From Mobula hypostoma (lineage: Eukaryota), in NCBI RefSeq assembly GCF_963921235.1, contig NC_086097.1, positions 128,776,001 to 128,840,000 on the forward strand: a stretch of DNA of 64,000 bases, in the 5' to 3' direction. The translations under genes were made by a program, and so were the position numbers. Below the pieces are notes generated by a model. The model saw only the letters and a program-made list of their open reading frames with translations, was not told the origin of the DNA and made no database searches. Of the stretch, positions 51,125 through 64,000 are shown piece after piece; the stretch's first letter is position 1; each line of letters opens with the position of its first letter.

Positions 51125-51814
51125 GACTAGATGTTAATATCCCTTATTTGCACTCCTGACACATGCTGCCTAGACTCTGTGGGGTGGCCAAGTGAGTGGT
51201 GGCATCTTCTGGGTTATCAAGTGGGCGCCCTTTTTCCTCAGTGTTTCGCTGATAGGCCCACGACACCTCCGGAGGGTTCAGCAGTGAATCCCGGCATCCC
51301 GGGCACTCACCTGGGGGCCCAGATGGAATCCTTTCTCTTCAACCAGAGCCACTGACTATCCTTTTCAGCAGCTCTGGAGAGGTCTTTGACTGCTTTGTCG
51401 TTGTGTCCTCCCTCGCACTCCCAACTCCCGGAGTAACCTTGATGTTGCTGTGGCTACAAATCCTCTGCAGCCTACTTCGACCGGTCGGACCCTTGCTTTC
51501 CAGCCATGTTGTTGCACCTCGGCTGCAAGCTCAGTGTACCTCAGCTCCTTGTGCTCGTCTGCCTCCTCCGCTGCATCCTCCCAGGGCACTGTAAGCTCAA
51601 TGATGTAAACCAGATGGAGTGAGGCCGACCTTAGCACAAGGTCTGGTCTGAGGTTGGTTTCTGCGATTTCAGTTGGAAAGCAGAGGCTCTGGCCTAAGTC
51701 TGCCACCATCTTCCAATCAGGTGCTATGCCTAGCTGCCCGATGTCAGGTCTCGATACATCGAGTCTGGCTTGATCCTCACCTTCCCGGACAAATGCTGTT
51801 AATGGCGAGAACAT
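51125..51814 (-). mobile_element. HERO-like (R2-superfamily) non-LTR element 3' fragment with restriction-like endonuclease
   Basis: ORF 51365-51814: LRPDLVL.S...IIELTVPWE...EA.E.K..RY..L......GW......VEVGCRGF, an RLE signature. The UTR boundary is approximate. Confidence 0.85.
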
Positions 51815-53664
51815 GTGCCCATTGATCTATTTATATTATGATGCGACAAGGGCACACCAGTGTCTCAGAGGAATATCAAAGCCTGTGGGAGTATTGTGAA
51901 TCATCTGGGACATCTGCATTGCTCCATTCCATTCTTTTCCAGAGTTTGATGAAACTCTAACGCATCTCCAGAATGGGAAAGCAGACTCAATTATTTCTAA
52001 TTATAGAACTTGATTAGCTTAGAAGCTTGAAAGATCCGTCTTCCTACATGTACCGTCTTTAAATGCAAGAGCACATTATAGCGGATCAAGTATTAAATGC
52101 CTTTGCATTGAGATCATTGCTGTATAGATCATTGCTAATAGCCTGTTTGGTATCCCTAGCCAGTTAGTACTAGGGCCTAAGGGACCCAACCATAATTATC
52201 CTTCAGAATAACCGCTGTGTTTTTTGCTACGTTTGAGAGCGTGTTCTCTGGCTTGAAGCAGAGGAACAGAGGCTTGAAGTTTCATCATTTAGTTAATGAA
52301 AGAGAAAAAGATGAGATAATTTTTCTCATACTTCACACTCCAAGTCAACTATAATTCATGCCATTGAAATTTTAATCAAGAAATATTTAGTTACAAGTAA
52401 GCCTGCTCCTTTGCTTGGCCTCACACAATCCAAAGGGAAACAATCCAGCATATTTCAGTGCCTTAGATTCATGAAAAAAAAATGAAAAGATTCTTGAAAG
52501 AAAAGAATCACAAGAGCAAAGAAGCAATTGAAAGGATCTATGCCGTCTGACATTACTATGTTTATCAACAATATTGCCACATCAGTGTGTAAAGTGTCCT
52601 GGCCTCTAAGTCACCTCCTCTTTTTGGGGACTTTAATATTAGGATAAAGGCTTTCTTGGTTTAAAATACGTCCAGCTTTTCCTCAAAAACTGTGTTATAT
52701 TTCACATTTTCATTACTTGCAGTAAGGTGAAAAAGCATTACTTCATACAGGCAACAGCAAGTAAATTAATATCACACTTTAACAAGTCTAGTTTTACAGT
52801 ATTTAATGGCTATTCTGATACATAAGTGACGCAGGTGGACACTGTATTTGCCAGTTTTCACAATATAAGAAAATCAAATTTGAAGTAATTGTAAATTGCA
52901 GTGAGTTTTGTTATTGAGACAATAGACTAGTTGGCAGTCAGAATGTGAAGTGATTAATGCTATGATGCTGTGATACCACAAACAGGACACAATAAGAGTC
53001 TTGTGAACTAGTGTCCTCTTAAGACAGAAGATGGGGAATGGAGTATGCATCGCCACATAATCCCACTTTCTCTGATCTGGCGAATTCAACTTCAGGTCCC
53101 GTTCTGCCCCTTTCCCTTTCCTTACGATCTACCCAGGTCATCTCATACACCCTTCTTCCTAAAACACCACAAGCAAACACATCAGTCTATTTCTCCCCCT
53201 CCCCAACTCACTCTGCCAATCACCCATACACACTGCTTGCACTAGATCTACTGCTGCTGTCTGCTCTCCTCACTACTCTTATTTGATTTCTTGCTCTACC
53301 TTTCTATCCTATTAGATTCCATTATCTGCAGCTCTTTGTTGCTTCCACCTATCACCTCCCAGTGTCTGTTGCTATTTCAACTCTTTCCTCACCCACCTGA
53401 CCCAATCAATCCCTCCTCACTTGGATCCACCTATCATCTGCCAGCTCATAACTTGCCCCCACTCTCAGCTCTTTTGTACAGGCTATCTCAGCTCTACCTT
53501 ATCAGCCCCGATGAATTGTCTCAAACAGAATTGAAAGATTTTGTTTCATGCAAAGGAGACTAACATCCATTTTAGGTGACCGCAGCAGATATTGGAATAA
53601 TGGCTAGCTCATTTTCAGTCATTGGGTCATACAATTTGATTAGCATTCCATTCAACGAACATAT

Positions 53665-54275
53665 ATTACAGTACCTCAGATTAATGGGCCCAAAGTTCCA
53701 TGATATCTGCACCCATGATAAGCTAAACTAATTCTCTTTTATCTCTATAAGATCCATATACTTTTACTTCCAGTATATTCATGTGTCTATCCAACAGCCT
53801 CTTAAAATGCCACCATTGTATCTGCTTCCACCACTCTCCCTATTCCAGTGTCCTACTACTCTCTGTGTAAAAACTTGCCCTGCAAATCGTCCTTAAACTT
53901 TTCCCCTTTCATTTTAAATGCATGTACCCCAGTACTTGGTATTTCTGTCCTGGGAATATGATTCTGACTGCCCACTCCATTTAAGCCTCTCATAAACTTA
54001 TAAGCTTCTACCAGGCCTCTCCTTGGCATCCAATGGTTCAGAGAAAACAATTTGTCCAATCTCTTCTTGTAGCTCAGATGCTGAGTGACCAGAATTGCAC
54101 ACAATACTCTAAGTACAACCCAGTCGAAGTTTTATATAGCTACAACATGACTTCCTGATTCATACTCATTGGCCTAACCAATGTAGGCAAGCATGCTACA
54201 TGCTTTCATTACTTTCTTCATCTGCTTGTGTGGCCAGTTTCAGTGAGCTAAGAACTTGGTCTCTAAGATCTGCCT
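53665..54275 (-). mobile_element. Decayed CR1 3' fragment
   Basis: LSYKKRLDKLFSL...RRGLVEAYKFMRGL...TGVHAFK peptide. Confidence 0.8.
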
Positions 54276-55849
54276 ACGTCATCTAAGCATTTGTTTCATG
54301 AGGGATAACATACAAGCAACCATATCCAGTTTCTTCTTCAACATGTCGGGATGCATACAAAATTCCTCCAAGACAACCACAGGGATGATGTTCCCTCTGG
54401 ATGTGGTATTGCAAACCAGGGATATGAATTGTTAAAAAAAGGATATGATTCAAAATGCAGATGAGAGGAAGTTCCTTCACTCACAAAGTCAGTGAATCTT
54501 TCGGCCCTGTCCATGAATGCTATGGTGGTCTAGTTATTAAGTATTAAAGATAGAGATCAATAGATTTTTAGAAAATAAGGAAATCAGAGTAGTAGAGTCA
54601 TACAGCACGTGAACAGGTCCTTCAACCAAAATAGTCTCTGCCAAGCAATATTCCCATCTAAGCTAGTCCCATTTACCTGCATTTGGCTCATCTTTAAACC
54701 TTTCCTACCTGTGTACCTGACCAGCAACATTGTATTTCCCAGGAATATGGGGGTTTATATTTGAAAGTGGTGCTGAGGTAAAAGATCAGACATACCCTAC
54801 TGACTAGCAGAGCTGAACGTCCTGTTATTACTTCTATTTCTTATGTTCCTATGTTCTTATGTTAATAATTGTCTCATGCAGCTTAAAACCACAATTCACC
54901 ATTTACAGGTTGTCTACTGTCAATGTGAATGCTATAAGCTTTTATGGATGCGGTAATGTTTAGAATCTAATTACTCCCTTTTGCTATGCTTTCATTTATG
55001 CATTTGCCTTGGCTAATAACATAATTTTACAAGGAATGAAATAAAATTAGAGAGTCATTCACATTCCTAGCGGCGCTAATGTAAGATGGAAGCCAGCAGT
55101 TGGAATTGCCATGGGCTTTCTTTACCCTCAAAGATGCCACGAACAGGGTAGTGCTGACATTTATAAAAACTAAGGTTGTTCAAAATAAAGCATACAACCA
55201 AAGGAAAATATTCCATGACTCAAAAAGCTAAAAATATTTGTGACAAAACATATATTTAAGTTAATCTGTCACTTTAACAAATTTGCATTTGTTATTTAAG
55301 AGCCAAAGAAATGTAGGCTAGAATAGGCCATATGGCCCCTCAAGGGTGCACTACCATTCATTAAGGTCAGGGCTAATCTAATTATGGCCCCAACACCACT
55401 TGATTACTCCACATACTCTTGGCTCTATTCAGTCCTGAAACTTTTCAGTCCAAAAATCTACTTTGGACTTGAATAGTTTCAAAGTTTTTGCTTCTGCTGC
55501 TCTCTGGGTAGAGTATCCTATGAAATCATGACTATCAGAGAGAAAAGAGAATCTCATTTCCATCTTCTCTCTTGCTGAAACTATGCCTTCTGGAGCTAGA
55601 ATTTTCCACTGAGGGAAAACATCATTAGCTCTCAATCAGTAAAACCTTTGTTCACACATACTTCCCACTGATTACAAGCTCCTCCATGGCACATTTGCCC
55701 TGTTTGGGTGCTATGGTTTCCTCCCTCATCCCAAAGATGCTAAGATTGGTTAATTCATTATTGTACATTGTCTCTGGAATGTAGGAGAGCGGTAAAGTAT
55801 GGGAAGAGTTTATGAAAACACAGGGAGAAAGAAAATGTAGGATTAGTGG

Positions 55850-58800
55850 TGGGCTGAGAAGTGGCAGGTGGAATTCAATACAGGAAAGTGTGAAGTGATT
55901 CACTTTAGTAGGTCACACTTGGCAGTAGAGTACAAAGTTAATGCAGGTTTCTTAGCAGTGTGTTGGAACATAGGGATCTTGGAGTCCAAGTCCACAGTTC
56001 CTTAAAGTTGCTGCAAAAGTTGACAAGGTGGTAAATAAGGTGTATGATGTTTTCCTTTTGTTAATTGGGGGGGGTGTGGTTGAGTTCAAGCACTGCAAGG
56101 TAATGTTGAAGCTGTAGATTTAAGAATAAAGATCGATTAATGTCATTTCCAGTACACAAGGGTAAAGGAGAATGGAATCCCAATTGGATGCAGCATAAAA
56201 ATATGATTGATAAAGAACACAATAATAAAAAATAAATACCTAAGCTTATATACAAAGATTGATTGATTGTATATCCATAAAGTGACACTAGGTACAGGAG
56301 TGTCTGTACATAAGGTGGCTCTGACAGGAAATGATAAAGTGGTGGTTGTGGTGGGGGTTGGTGGGTGGAGGTGTTGATCAGCCTTACTGCTTGGAGGAAG
56401 TAACTGTTTTTGAGACTGGTGGCCCTTGCATGGATGCTACGTAGTGAGCAGGATGGGTGGGATCCTTCATGATATTGCTGAACTTTTTCCGGTACCTTTC
56501 TGTACTTACATCGTTTGATGGCTGGTGCCAGTGTTGTGTTGGGCAGTTTTGACTACCTGTTCCGGAGCCTTCCTGCCTGCAGCTGTGAAGTTTCTGTACT
56601 CTGCAGTATGTTAGGATGCTCTCCTATAGAAGGATCTAAGTATAGATGTACATAGTCCAGCTCTTTACATAAGAACATAAGAAATAGGAGCAGGAGTAGG
56701 CCATCTGACCCATTGAGACAGCTCCAACATTCAAAAAGATCATGGCTGATCTAACCATGGATTCATCTCCACCTCCCTGCCTTTTCCCCATAAACCTTAA
56801 TTCCCCTACTATGCAAAAATCTATTCCATGTCTTAAATATATTTACTGAGGTAGCTTCCACAGCTTCATTAGGCAGAAAATTGATGGAGATGGACGTGAG
56901 AAGCAGAGGAACATCTGGAGAAATTTCTGAAATGCCCGGTTCGCTGCCGCTGCCACTATGTGATCGAGAATCTCCGGAGGGAAGGCCTCAAAATCCCCGG
57001 CTTTGCCTGCTGCTGGCGACCGAGGCTGAGGTCAAAGCGTTCGGCAGAGATGGTGCTCGGTACTTGGTGTTGGAGGGCTGATCAGAGCTCGAAGTTTTCG
57101 GACGACTCAGAGTGGGACTGTAGTCAGCATGGCAAGGCAAGTTTCCTTCCTTCTCCTGTCTGCGTGAGATGTGGGAACTTTGAGAGACCTTGAATTTTTT
57201 TACTGTGCCATGGCCTGTTCTTCATCAAGTTATGGTATTGTTGCACTGTTGTAACTATATGTTATAATTATGTGGTTTTTGTTAGTTTTTCAGTCTTGGT
57301 CTGTCCTGTGTTTCTGTGATATCACACCGGAGGAATATTGTATCATTTCTTAATGCATACATTACTAGTCATAGTCATAGTCATAGTAATACTTTACTGA
57401 TCCTGAGGGAAATTGGTTTTCGTTACAGTTGCACCAACCAAGAGTAGAGTACAAATAAAGCAATGTAAAACCATAAATAATTAAATAGTAATATGTAAAT
57501 GCCAGGAAGTAAGTCCAGGACCAGCCTATTTGCTCAGGGTGTCTGACCCTTCAGGGGAGGAGTTGTAAAGTTTGATGGCCACAGGCAGGAATGACTTCCT
57601 ATGACTGTGTTGCATCTCGGTGGAATGAGTCTCTGGCTGAATGTACTCCTGTGCCCACCCAGTACACTATGTAGTGGATGACAATAAAAGAGGATTGCGT
57701 GTCTTCATAATCTAAAAAATTCCATAGATTCACCGCCCTCTGGGAAAAACAGTTCCTCCTCACCTCTGTCTTAAATTTACTCCCCTGAACCTTGAGGATA
57801 TGTACTCTAGTTCTAGTCTCACCTACCAGTGGAAATAACTTTCCTATCTCTATCTTATCTACCCCTTTCATAATTTTATATGTTTCTATAAGATCTCCTC
57901 TCATCTCATCTTATCAGCCTCCATATAAAGTAGAGGCATTGGTGAGCCTTCTTGATTGTGTGGAACGTGTTCTGGGACCCCACGAAAGTTTCTGTCAAAA
58001 AGCATATTGGCGAGTGTCCAGTGTGGCAGAAATGCAGTTTTGATATGGCTATTACCATACTGTCAGTGCCACTGGGTGGTAGTCATTTAGTTCTGAAAGT
58101 TTAGAGTTCTTTGGTACAGGGATGATCGTGGCCATGAAGCATGTGGGGATAGGAGCCTGGATAAGTGAAGTGTTGAAAGTGTGTGTGAAGTCATCAGTGA
58201 GATGGTATGCACACTTCCTGAGTACTTGGCCTGGGATGTTGTCTGGCCCAGCCGCCTAAGGTGGGTGGGGGTTTGACTCTCTGCAGAGTCCTTCTACATC
58301 TCCTCTTGTTACAGACAGTCGCTGCTCACCTGGGAGGTGGGTTCCTTTCGTGGTTGGAGTGATGTTACATGCCTCAAAGCACACATAAAGGTTGTTTAGA
58401 GTGTCAGGGGGTGAGGCTATAAAACTACAGTTAGACTTCACTTGGAGAATTGTGTTCAGTTCTGGTCATTATTTACTTTGAAATTTGATATAGGAATGAT
58501 GTGGAAGGTTTAGAGAGACTGAAGAGAAGATTTACCAGAAGTTACCTGGATGAAAGAGCGTGTCTTACAACGAAAGGTTCAGCGCACTAGAACTTTTCTC
58601 TTTGGAGCAAAGGAGGACGAGAGGTGGCTTGACAGAGGTGTACAAGATAATAAGGAGCATAGATAGAGTGGACAGTCATCACATTTTTTGAGTGCAATGG
58701 CTAATACAAAAGGACACACTTTTAATGTGATTGGAGGAAGCATAGGGTGGGTGTTCTATGCAGGGAGTGGTGAGGACAGGAAATGCACTGCCAGAAGTAG

Positions 58801-58978
58801 TGTAGAGGCCAATACAAGAGGGACATTTAAAAACACATTTAGATAGACTCATGGATGAAAGAAAACTGGAGGAATATGTAGGAGGGAAGAGTTAGATTAA
58901 ACTTGGAGTAGATTAAAAGTCTGGCACAACTTCATGGACCAAAAGGCCTGTAACTATGTTGTACTGTTCTATGTTCTA
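55850..58978. mobile_element. Five-layer nested retroelement cluster (CR1 > Rex1-like > CR1 > SINE-like > Rex1-like)
   Basis: Each outer element resumes colinearly after the inner one; see the corresponding finding. Confidence 0.8.
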
Positions 58979-60648
58979 GAGATTTTTTTGTACCCATTCA
59001 AAGTGTGTGGTCTTCAGAGACTAAGCCACCACTTAGTTGTCAATCTTAAGTTGTCCTTGATGGGTCTTTGTTGCCCAGCATGGAGTAGGTGGGTGAAGAC
59101 CCTATTTCTGTGCTGCATGTTTCTATGATACCTTGTTACCTCTGTCATGTCCTCGATTTTCACTGCTCCACCACTGCCATGTCTTCAGTTGCCTAATTTT
59201 TGAACTTCTCTCTCAACATCTTGACTTCTACCTCTTTACGCTCTTTTAAGATGCTTGTTAAAACCAATTCATCTTTGGTTACCTGTCCTTATAACTTCTT
59301 AGATATTGGAAAATGCTCCTCAAAAGCACCAAAGGATACTTTATTATTATTGAAGACACTTTGTAAATACTGTATAATTTTTTGTTGTCATGCAGTTACT
59401 TATTTGGCAATGTTCCTATTTCATTTAATCATGAACAAATCAATTACTGCAGCTTCTAAGAAATGCTACCATCTAACTGTGAAGTTATATTGAGAAACTT
59501 GGTTTGAGTTTAATTGATGTTTGTTCTGGTGAGCTTTCTGCATTTGGTGAAGCCATTAATTAATGCAAAAGACAAATCAGAGGATGAATTTAATCACATT
59601 GCTGTTAAGATTGTCTATTTACTATAGAGAGCTGCGCTAACCGTGGCTGATAGTTCTGAAGAGAATCGCTGACATTCCGACATTTGAATTGATAAGGACC
59701 CACTGTAATGATGCATTCAGACAAGTCTTGCCAGGGTTACCCTACATTAACCTGGTACAATAGTAAATTCTATTTTAATTATTTTAAGCTAATTTAGTAC
59801 TTAATCATTTCTAAGAGACCTTGGAAAGTGGGCCCAGTTCAGCAGTAACTGCACCTAGAGAAATCCCATTTCCTAGCTTCTCCCTGCTGCCTATTCTCCT
59901 CACATTTTCATCAGCCCATGCTTATTTCTACTATTTACTTATCCACAAAGACATTACAGCAGACAATTAAGCTACCAACCTATATGTCTTAGGGTTGTGG
60001 AAGTGAACCAGACTGCCCGAAAGAAGTCCTCACAATGACTGCGTGCATAATCTGCACAGGGAGCACTGGAGGTCGGGATTGAACCCGGTCTGTTGGTGCT
60101 GCAAGGCAGCAGCATTACTGACAGCACCATTGTTCAGCGATTCAAATCACATTTATTATCAAAGTACGTATGCAGTATATAGCCCTAAAATTCATCCTCC
60201 CCACAGACAGCCAAGAAACAAAGAAGCATGGAACCAGCCCATTCAAAGAAAAACATCAACCCCTCACTGTCCCCCCAACACAAAAAAGATCATGCAAATG
60301 GCAATTTAAAAAAATGAGGGCCAGCACAGAATATAAAACACAAAATCAAAAGACATATTTCAGTTCAGCTCAGTGTTCGTTATCTGCAGGCCGCCCTGAC
60401 TCAAAAATCACCCAGAAGTAGCAACAAAAAATGGAGTGATCAGACCTAGAACACATCGTAAAGCTGAGTTGGAATCCAAATCCACAAATCACAATTAAAT
60501 CTTGTTCTGGTACCATCCTCGGAAGGCATTGAGGGAGAGAGAGATCAATCAAATGCAAGGACCTTCCCTCAAGAGCAGTGAGCGAGAGGGTGTCGTCAGT
60601 TTATTCATTTCTTATTTTGCCCTATTCCTTATTTTGTTCTTCATAGAA

Positions 60649-61199
60649 TCGTACTGCACAGAAACAGGCCCTCCGGCTCGTATTCCACAGGAACAGGCCC
60701 TACGTCTCGCACTGCACAGGAACAGGCCCTTCGGCTCGTATTCCACAGGAACAGGCCCTTTGGCTCGTACTGTACAGGAACAGGCCCTTCGGCTCGTACT
60801 GCACAGGAACAGGCCCTTCGGCTCATATTCCACAGGAACAGGCCCTTCGGCTCGTACTGTACAGGAACAGGCCCTTCGGCTTATATTCCACGGGAATAGG
60901 CCCTACGTCTCGCACTGCACAGGAACAGGCCCTTCGGCTCATACTGCACAGGAACAGGCCCTTTGGCTCGTATTCCACAGGAACAGGCCCTTCGGCTCGT
61001 ACTGTACAGGAACAGGCCCTTCGGCTTATATTCCACAGGAATAGGCCCTACGTCTCGCACTGCACAGGAACAGGCCCTTCGGCTTATATTCCACAGGAAT
61101 TGGCCCTTCGACTCGTACTGCACAGGAACAGACCCTTCGGCTCATATTCCACAGGAACAGGCCCTTCGGCTCCTACTGCACAGAAACAGACCCTTTGGC
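60649..61199. repeat. Minisatellite, 19 units of 29 bp (consensus TCGTACTGCACAGGAACAGGCCCTTCGGC)
   Basis: Exact 29-bp phasing from 60649 to 61199, with substitutions only. Confidence 0.97.
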
Positions 61200-64000
61200 C
61201 TACCATATCTATGGTGACATTAAGTAACAATCGATATCAATCCATAGTCTCATGATGGCAGTTTCCATGAAATATATTGAGACATTTCACTGTTCCAAAA
61301 TGCTGCATTATCACTGCATGATAATACTCACATTTTCTTCTGCCTCTCTCGGAGCTCAGGGGGTGTGGAGGGCTGCTTTCCAGTGTCTAGCCCGCTCACT
61401 CGCTTTTGCACAAAATGTGCGCTGTTCTCGGCACCGAATACCTGAGACAGTTACAGAAGGAAGAAGGAGAAAGATCATTTAACCTCTGAAAGGATGAGGC
61501 TGACTTTATCTCCTCTACCAGCTCCACACCACTGTAAACCCACCATAGTTGGCATAAGCAGAAGGAGGAGAGGAAGAGGGAGAAACGGAGAAGAAGCAGG
61601 TGGAACATGGAATTATAGAGTCAAGTAACACTAAAGTAGGTCAGTCAGCCCCCTGTCCCCATGCCACCCATTGTACATGTTACATCTGTATTAGATCCCT
61701 TATCCAATGACTATAAGGAGCAGGTGTTTGCTAGTCTCTATGAATGACTTTTTTTTGTTGTTCATATTGTTCCCAGCTCCCTACTGTCAAACAGTATAAT
61801 ACACCTGGTGAAGCCCGAACCTTGAAAGAGGCAAGGTTGTCATTGTGAAATTATTTGTCCGTTACATTGGCAGAGGTGTTCCTTGGATTTGAGCTTGATG
61901 CTAGAGCTTTGGGTCTCTGAATCAGCTCCCTCGTGCATCTTCGCACCTTCTCACCCAATTAGCTGAAATTGTTGCTCAGTTACGGGATCTGAGCATATCT
62001 GTCAAAGTCTCCATTTATTTATTGTCCATTGCTAATTACTGCTGAGAAGGTGATGCTCAGCACTTTCCTGAATCTCTGTTGGCCCTCAGGTGAATGTTGT
62101 CCTACAGCACTGTTGAGGAAGAAATTCCAGGATGTAGATCAAAATTCAAGGTAAATGTCATTATCAGAGAACATACATGTCACCAAGTACAACCTGAAAT
62201 TCATTTTCCTGCAGCCATTCTCAGCAAATCTATAGAATAGTAACTATAACCAGATCAACCAGAGCTCAGGAGACAACAAATTGCAAATACAAATATAAAT
62301 AGATAGCAATAAATAACAAGAATATGAAATAACAAGATAAAGAGTCCTTAAAGTGAGATAATTGGTTGTGGGAACATCTCAATGGATGGGCAAGTGAGTG
62401 TAGTTATCCCCTTTTGTTCAAGAGCCTGATGGTTGTGGGGTAGTAACTGTTCCAGCGATGAAAATGTATGTTCTTTTGTTTAACCTCATAATCATAATTT
62501 ACCTTGTTGTCTGTCTGCGGTGGACTTTTTCTGTAAGTGTGACATTATGTTCTGCATTCTGTTAGTGCTTTTCTCTTGTACCACTTCAACGTACTGATGT
62601 GATGAAATGATCTGGATGGATGTCATGCAAATCAAAGCTTTTCGCTGTACCATGGTGCATGTGATAAAAATAAAACAATTATCAATTGCTAACATTTCCA
62701 AGTCAGGATGGTGTCCAATTCAGAGTGGAATTTGCAAGCAGTGCTGTCCATATGCATCTGCTACTCTTGGCCCTGTCGGTGATAGAGTTCATGGGCTTGT
62801 CCGGTTATTCGGGAGAAGTCTGGGTGAGTAACTGCAGTGCACGTTTTTGTTAGCGCACGCTGCAGCCACTATGTACTGGTGATGAAGGGAATGAATGTTT
62901 ACAATGGGGCCGTAGTCCTTCAAGAGGGCTGCTTCGTCCTGGGTGATGGCAAGCTTCCTGAGAACAGACAGAGCTGCACTCCTCCGTTGAGGCACGGTGG
63001 AGAGGCTGGGAAGAGTCAGGGAGCAGGTCACACGTTACAATACACACAGTCTCTGACCTACTGTTGTGGCTGCAGGTAAGGTTTAAATTGCACCTGTGCG
63101 CAAAGGTACTTGTACATATGACAGTAAACTCAAACTTGACTTTCTCTTACTGGTTTGGCCAGAGTACCTATGCAGCTGGTTCAGTGGGAAAACTGGCATT
63201 ATGTTTAAACAAGACTCTGATGTTTAAGATGGATCCAATATCCACGTTCCACACCCTTAGGTACTTGTAGCCTCCCCTTGATATTGACTGGAAGACGATG
63301 CATTTGCGGTCTGGAGAAATGATCTGAGAATGCCTCCATGGCAGAGGCATTATTAGATGTGCCACACAAATGCACCTTGTCAGCTATTTCCACAATGCTG
63401 AAGGCAATGTTAGGCAATATTTATGTTAAGTAAGTATGGATGAAGCCCATGACGAAGAAGGAAAATGCTAAAAATATCTTTTAGGTATCAGTTCTGATTA
63501 CAATGTGTGGGGAATGGAACTGTCACACAGTTCGATGCATAATACTTCTTTGAAGTTGGAACTTAAACTGGAATACTGCTGTGGCACGTTAGAAACCTGT
63601 TTCTGCCACCCGTTCTGGAGCTTGCCGCATGAACAATTCTCCTAGTGTCTTCTGCCGATGACCTTAAATCTGCTTCCCCTGGTTATGACTCCCCTGCTGC
63701 TGGAAACACGTTTTTTAGACTTGTTTTCTTTGAAAACTGCTTCAGTCTTTAACAAAACGCACCGCAAGTAGAGCCACTGCCTCACAATGCCAGAGACCCA
63801 GGTGCAGGCCTGACCTGTGTGCTGTGCATGTGCATTGTGCACACTTCCCCTGTTTTGCATGGACTCCCTATGACTGTAGGGGTTTCTTCCAGGTGCTCTG
63901 GTTTCATCCCACATCCCAAAGACATGGGGTCTGTTTGGTTAATTGGCTGTTGTAAATTGGCCCTGGTGTGTAGTTAGAAACTTGGAAAACCTACAGCAGT

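Noticed and set aside
60649..61199. CRISPR-like array or a 180-aa repeat protein (ORF 60502-61044)
   Set aside because: Units are head-to-tail with no unique spacers, there are no cas genes, and the context is vertebrate. The ORFs are by-products of a stop-poor 29-bp repeat.

Overview
Eukaryotic, repeat-dense vertebrate DNA. The repeat repertoire suggests a cartilaginous fish, probably a ray (inference). It includes CR1 LINEs with (TTTCTATG)n-type tails and SGNH-esterase ORF1, Rex1/Babar-like LINEs, V-SINE/HE1-like and DeuSINE-like SINEs, and Penelope-like elements (PLEs). I could not identify any host protein-coding exon. The window looks like a large intron or gene desert: layered retroelements separated by TE-free, TAAT-rich blocks that may be conserved non-coding elements. 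The only long ORF is an uninterrupted CR1 ORF2 (APE endonuclease + RT, ~937-3729), 5'-truncated at the start of ORF2. It is followed 141 bp later by a ~99% identical inverted copy of its last 600 bp. Highlights: (1) PLE remnants (RT + GIY-YIG) whose terminal repeats carry minimal hammerhead-ribozyme motifs, plus short fold-back derivatives; (2) the young tail-to-tail CR1 inverted repeat; (3) a 19 x 29-bp minisatellite built from a LINE/SINE 3'-terminal motif; (4) a five-layer nested retroelement stack; (5) a HERO-like restriction-like-endonuclease fragment; (6) a solo LTR; (7) an ORF1 piece embedded in ORF2 of a decayed CR1. All family names come from motif recognition by eye, and boundaries of old repeats are approximate.
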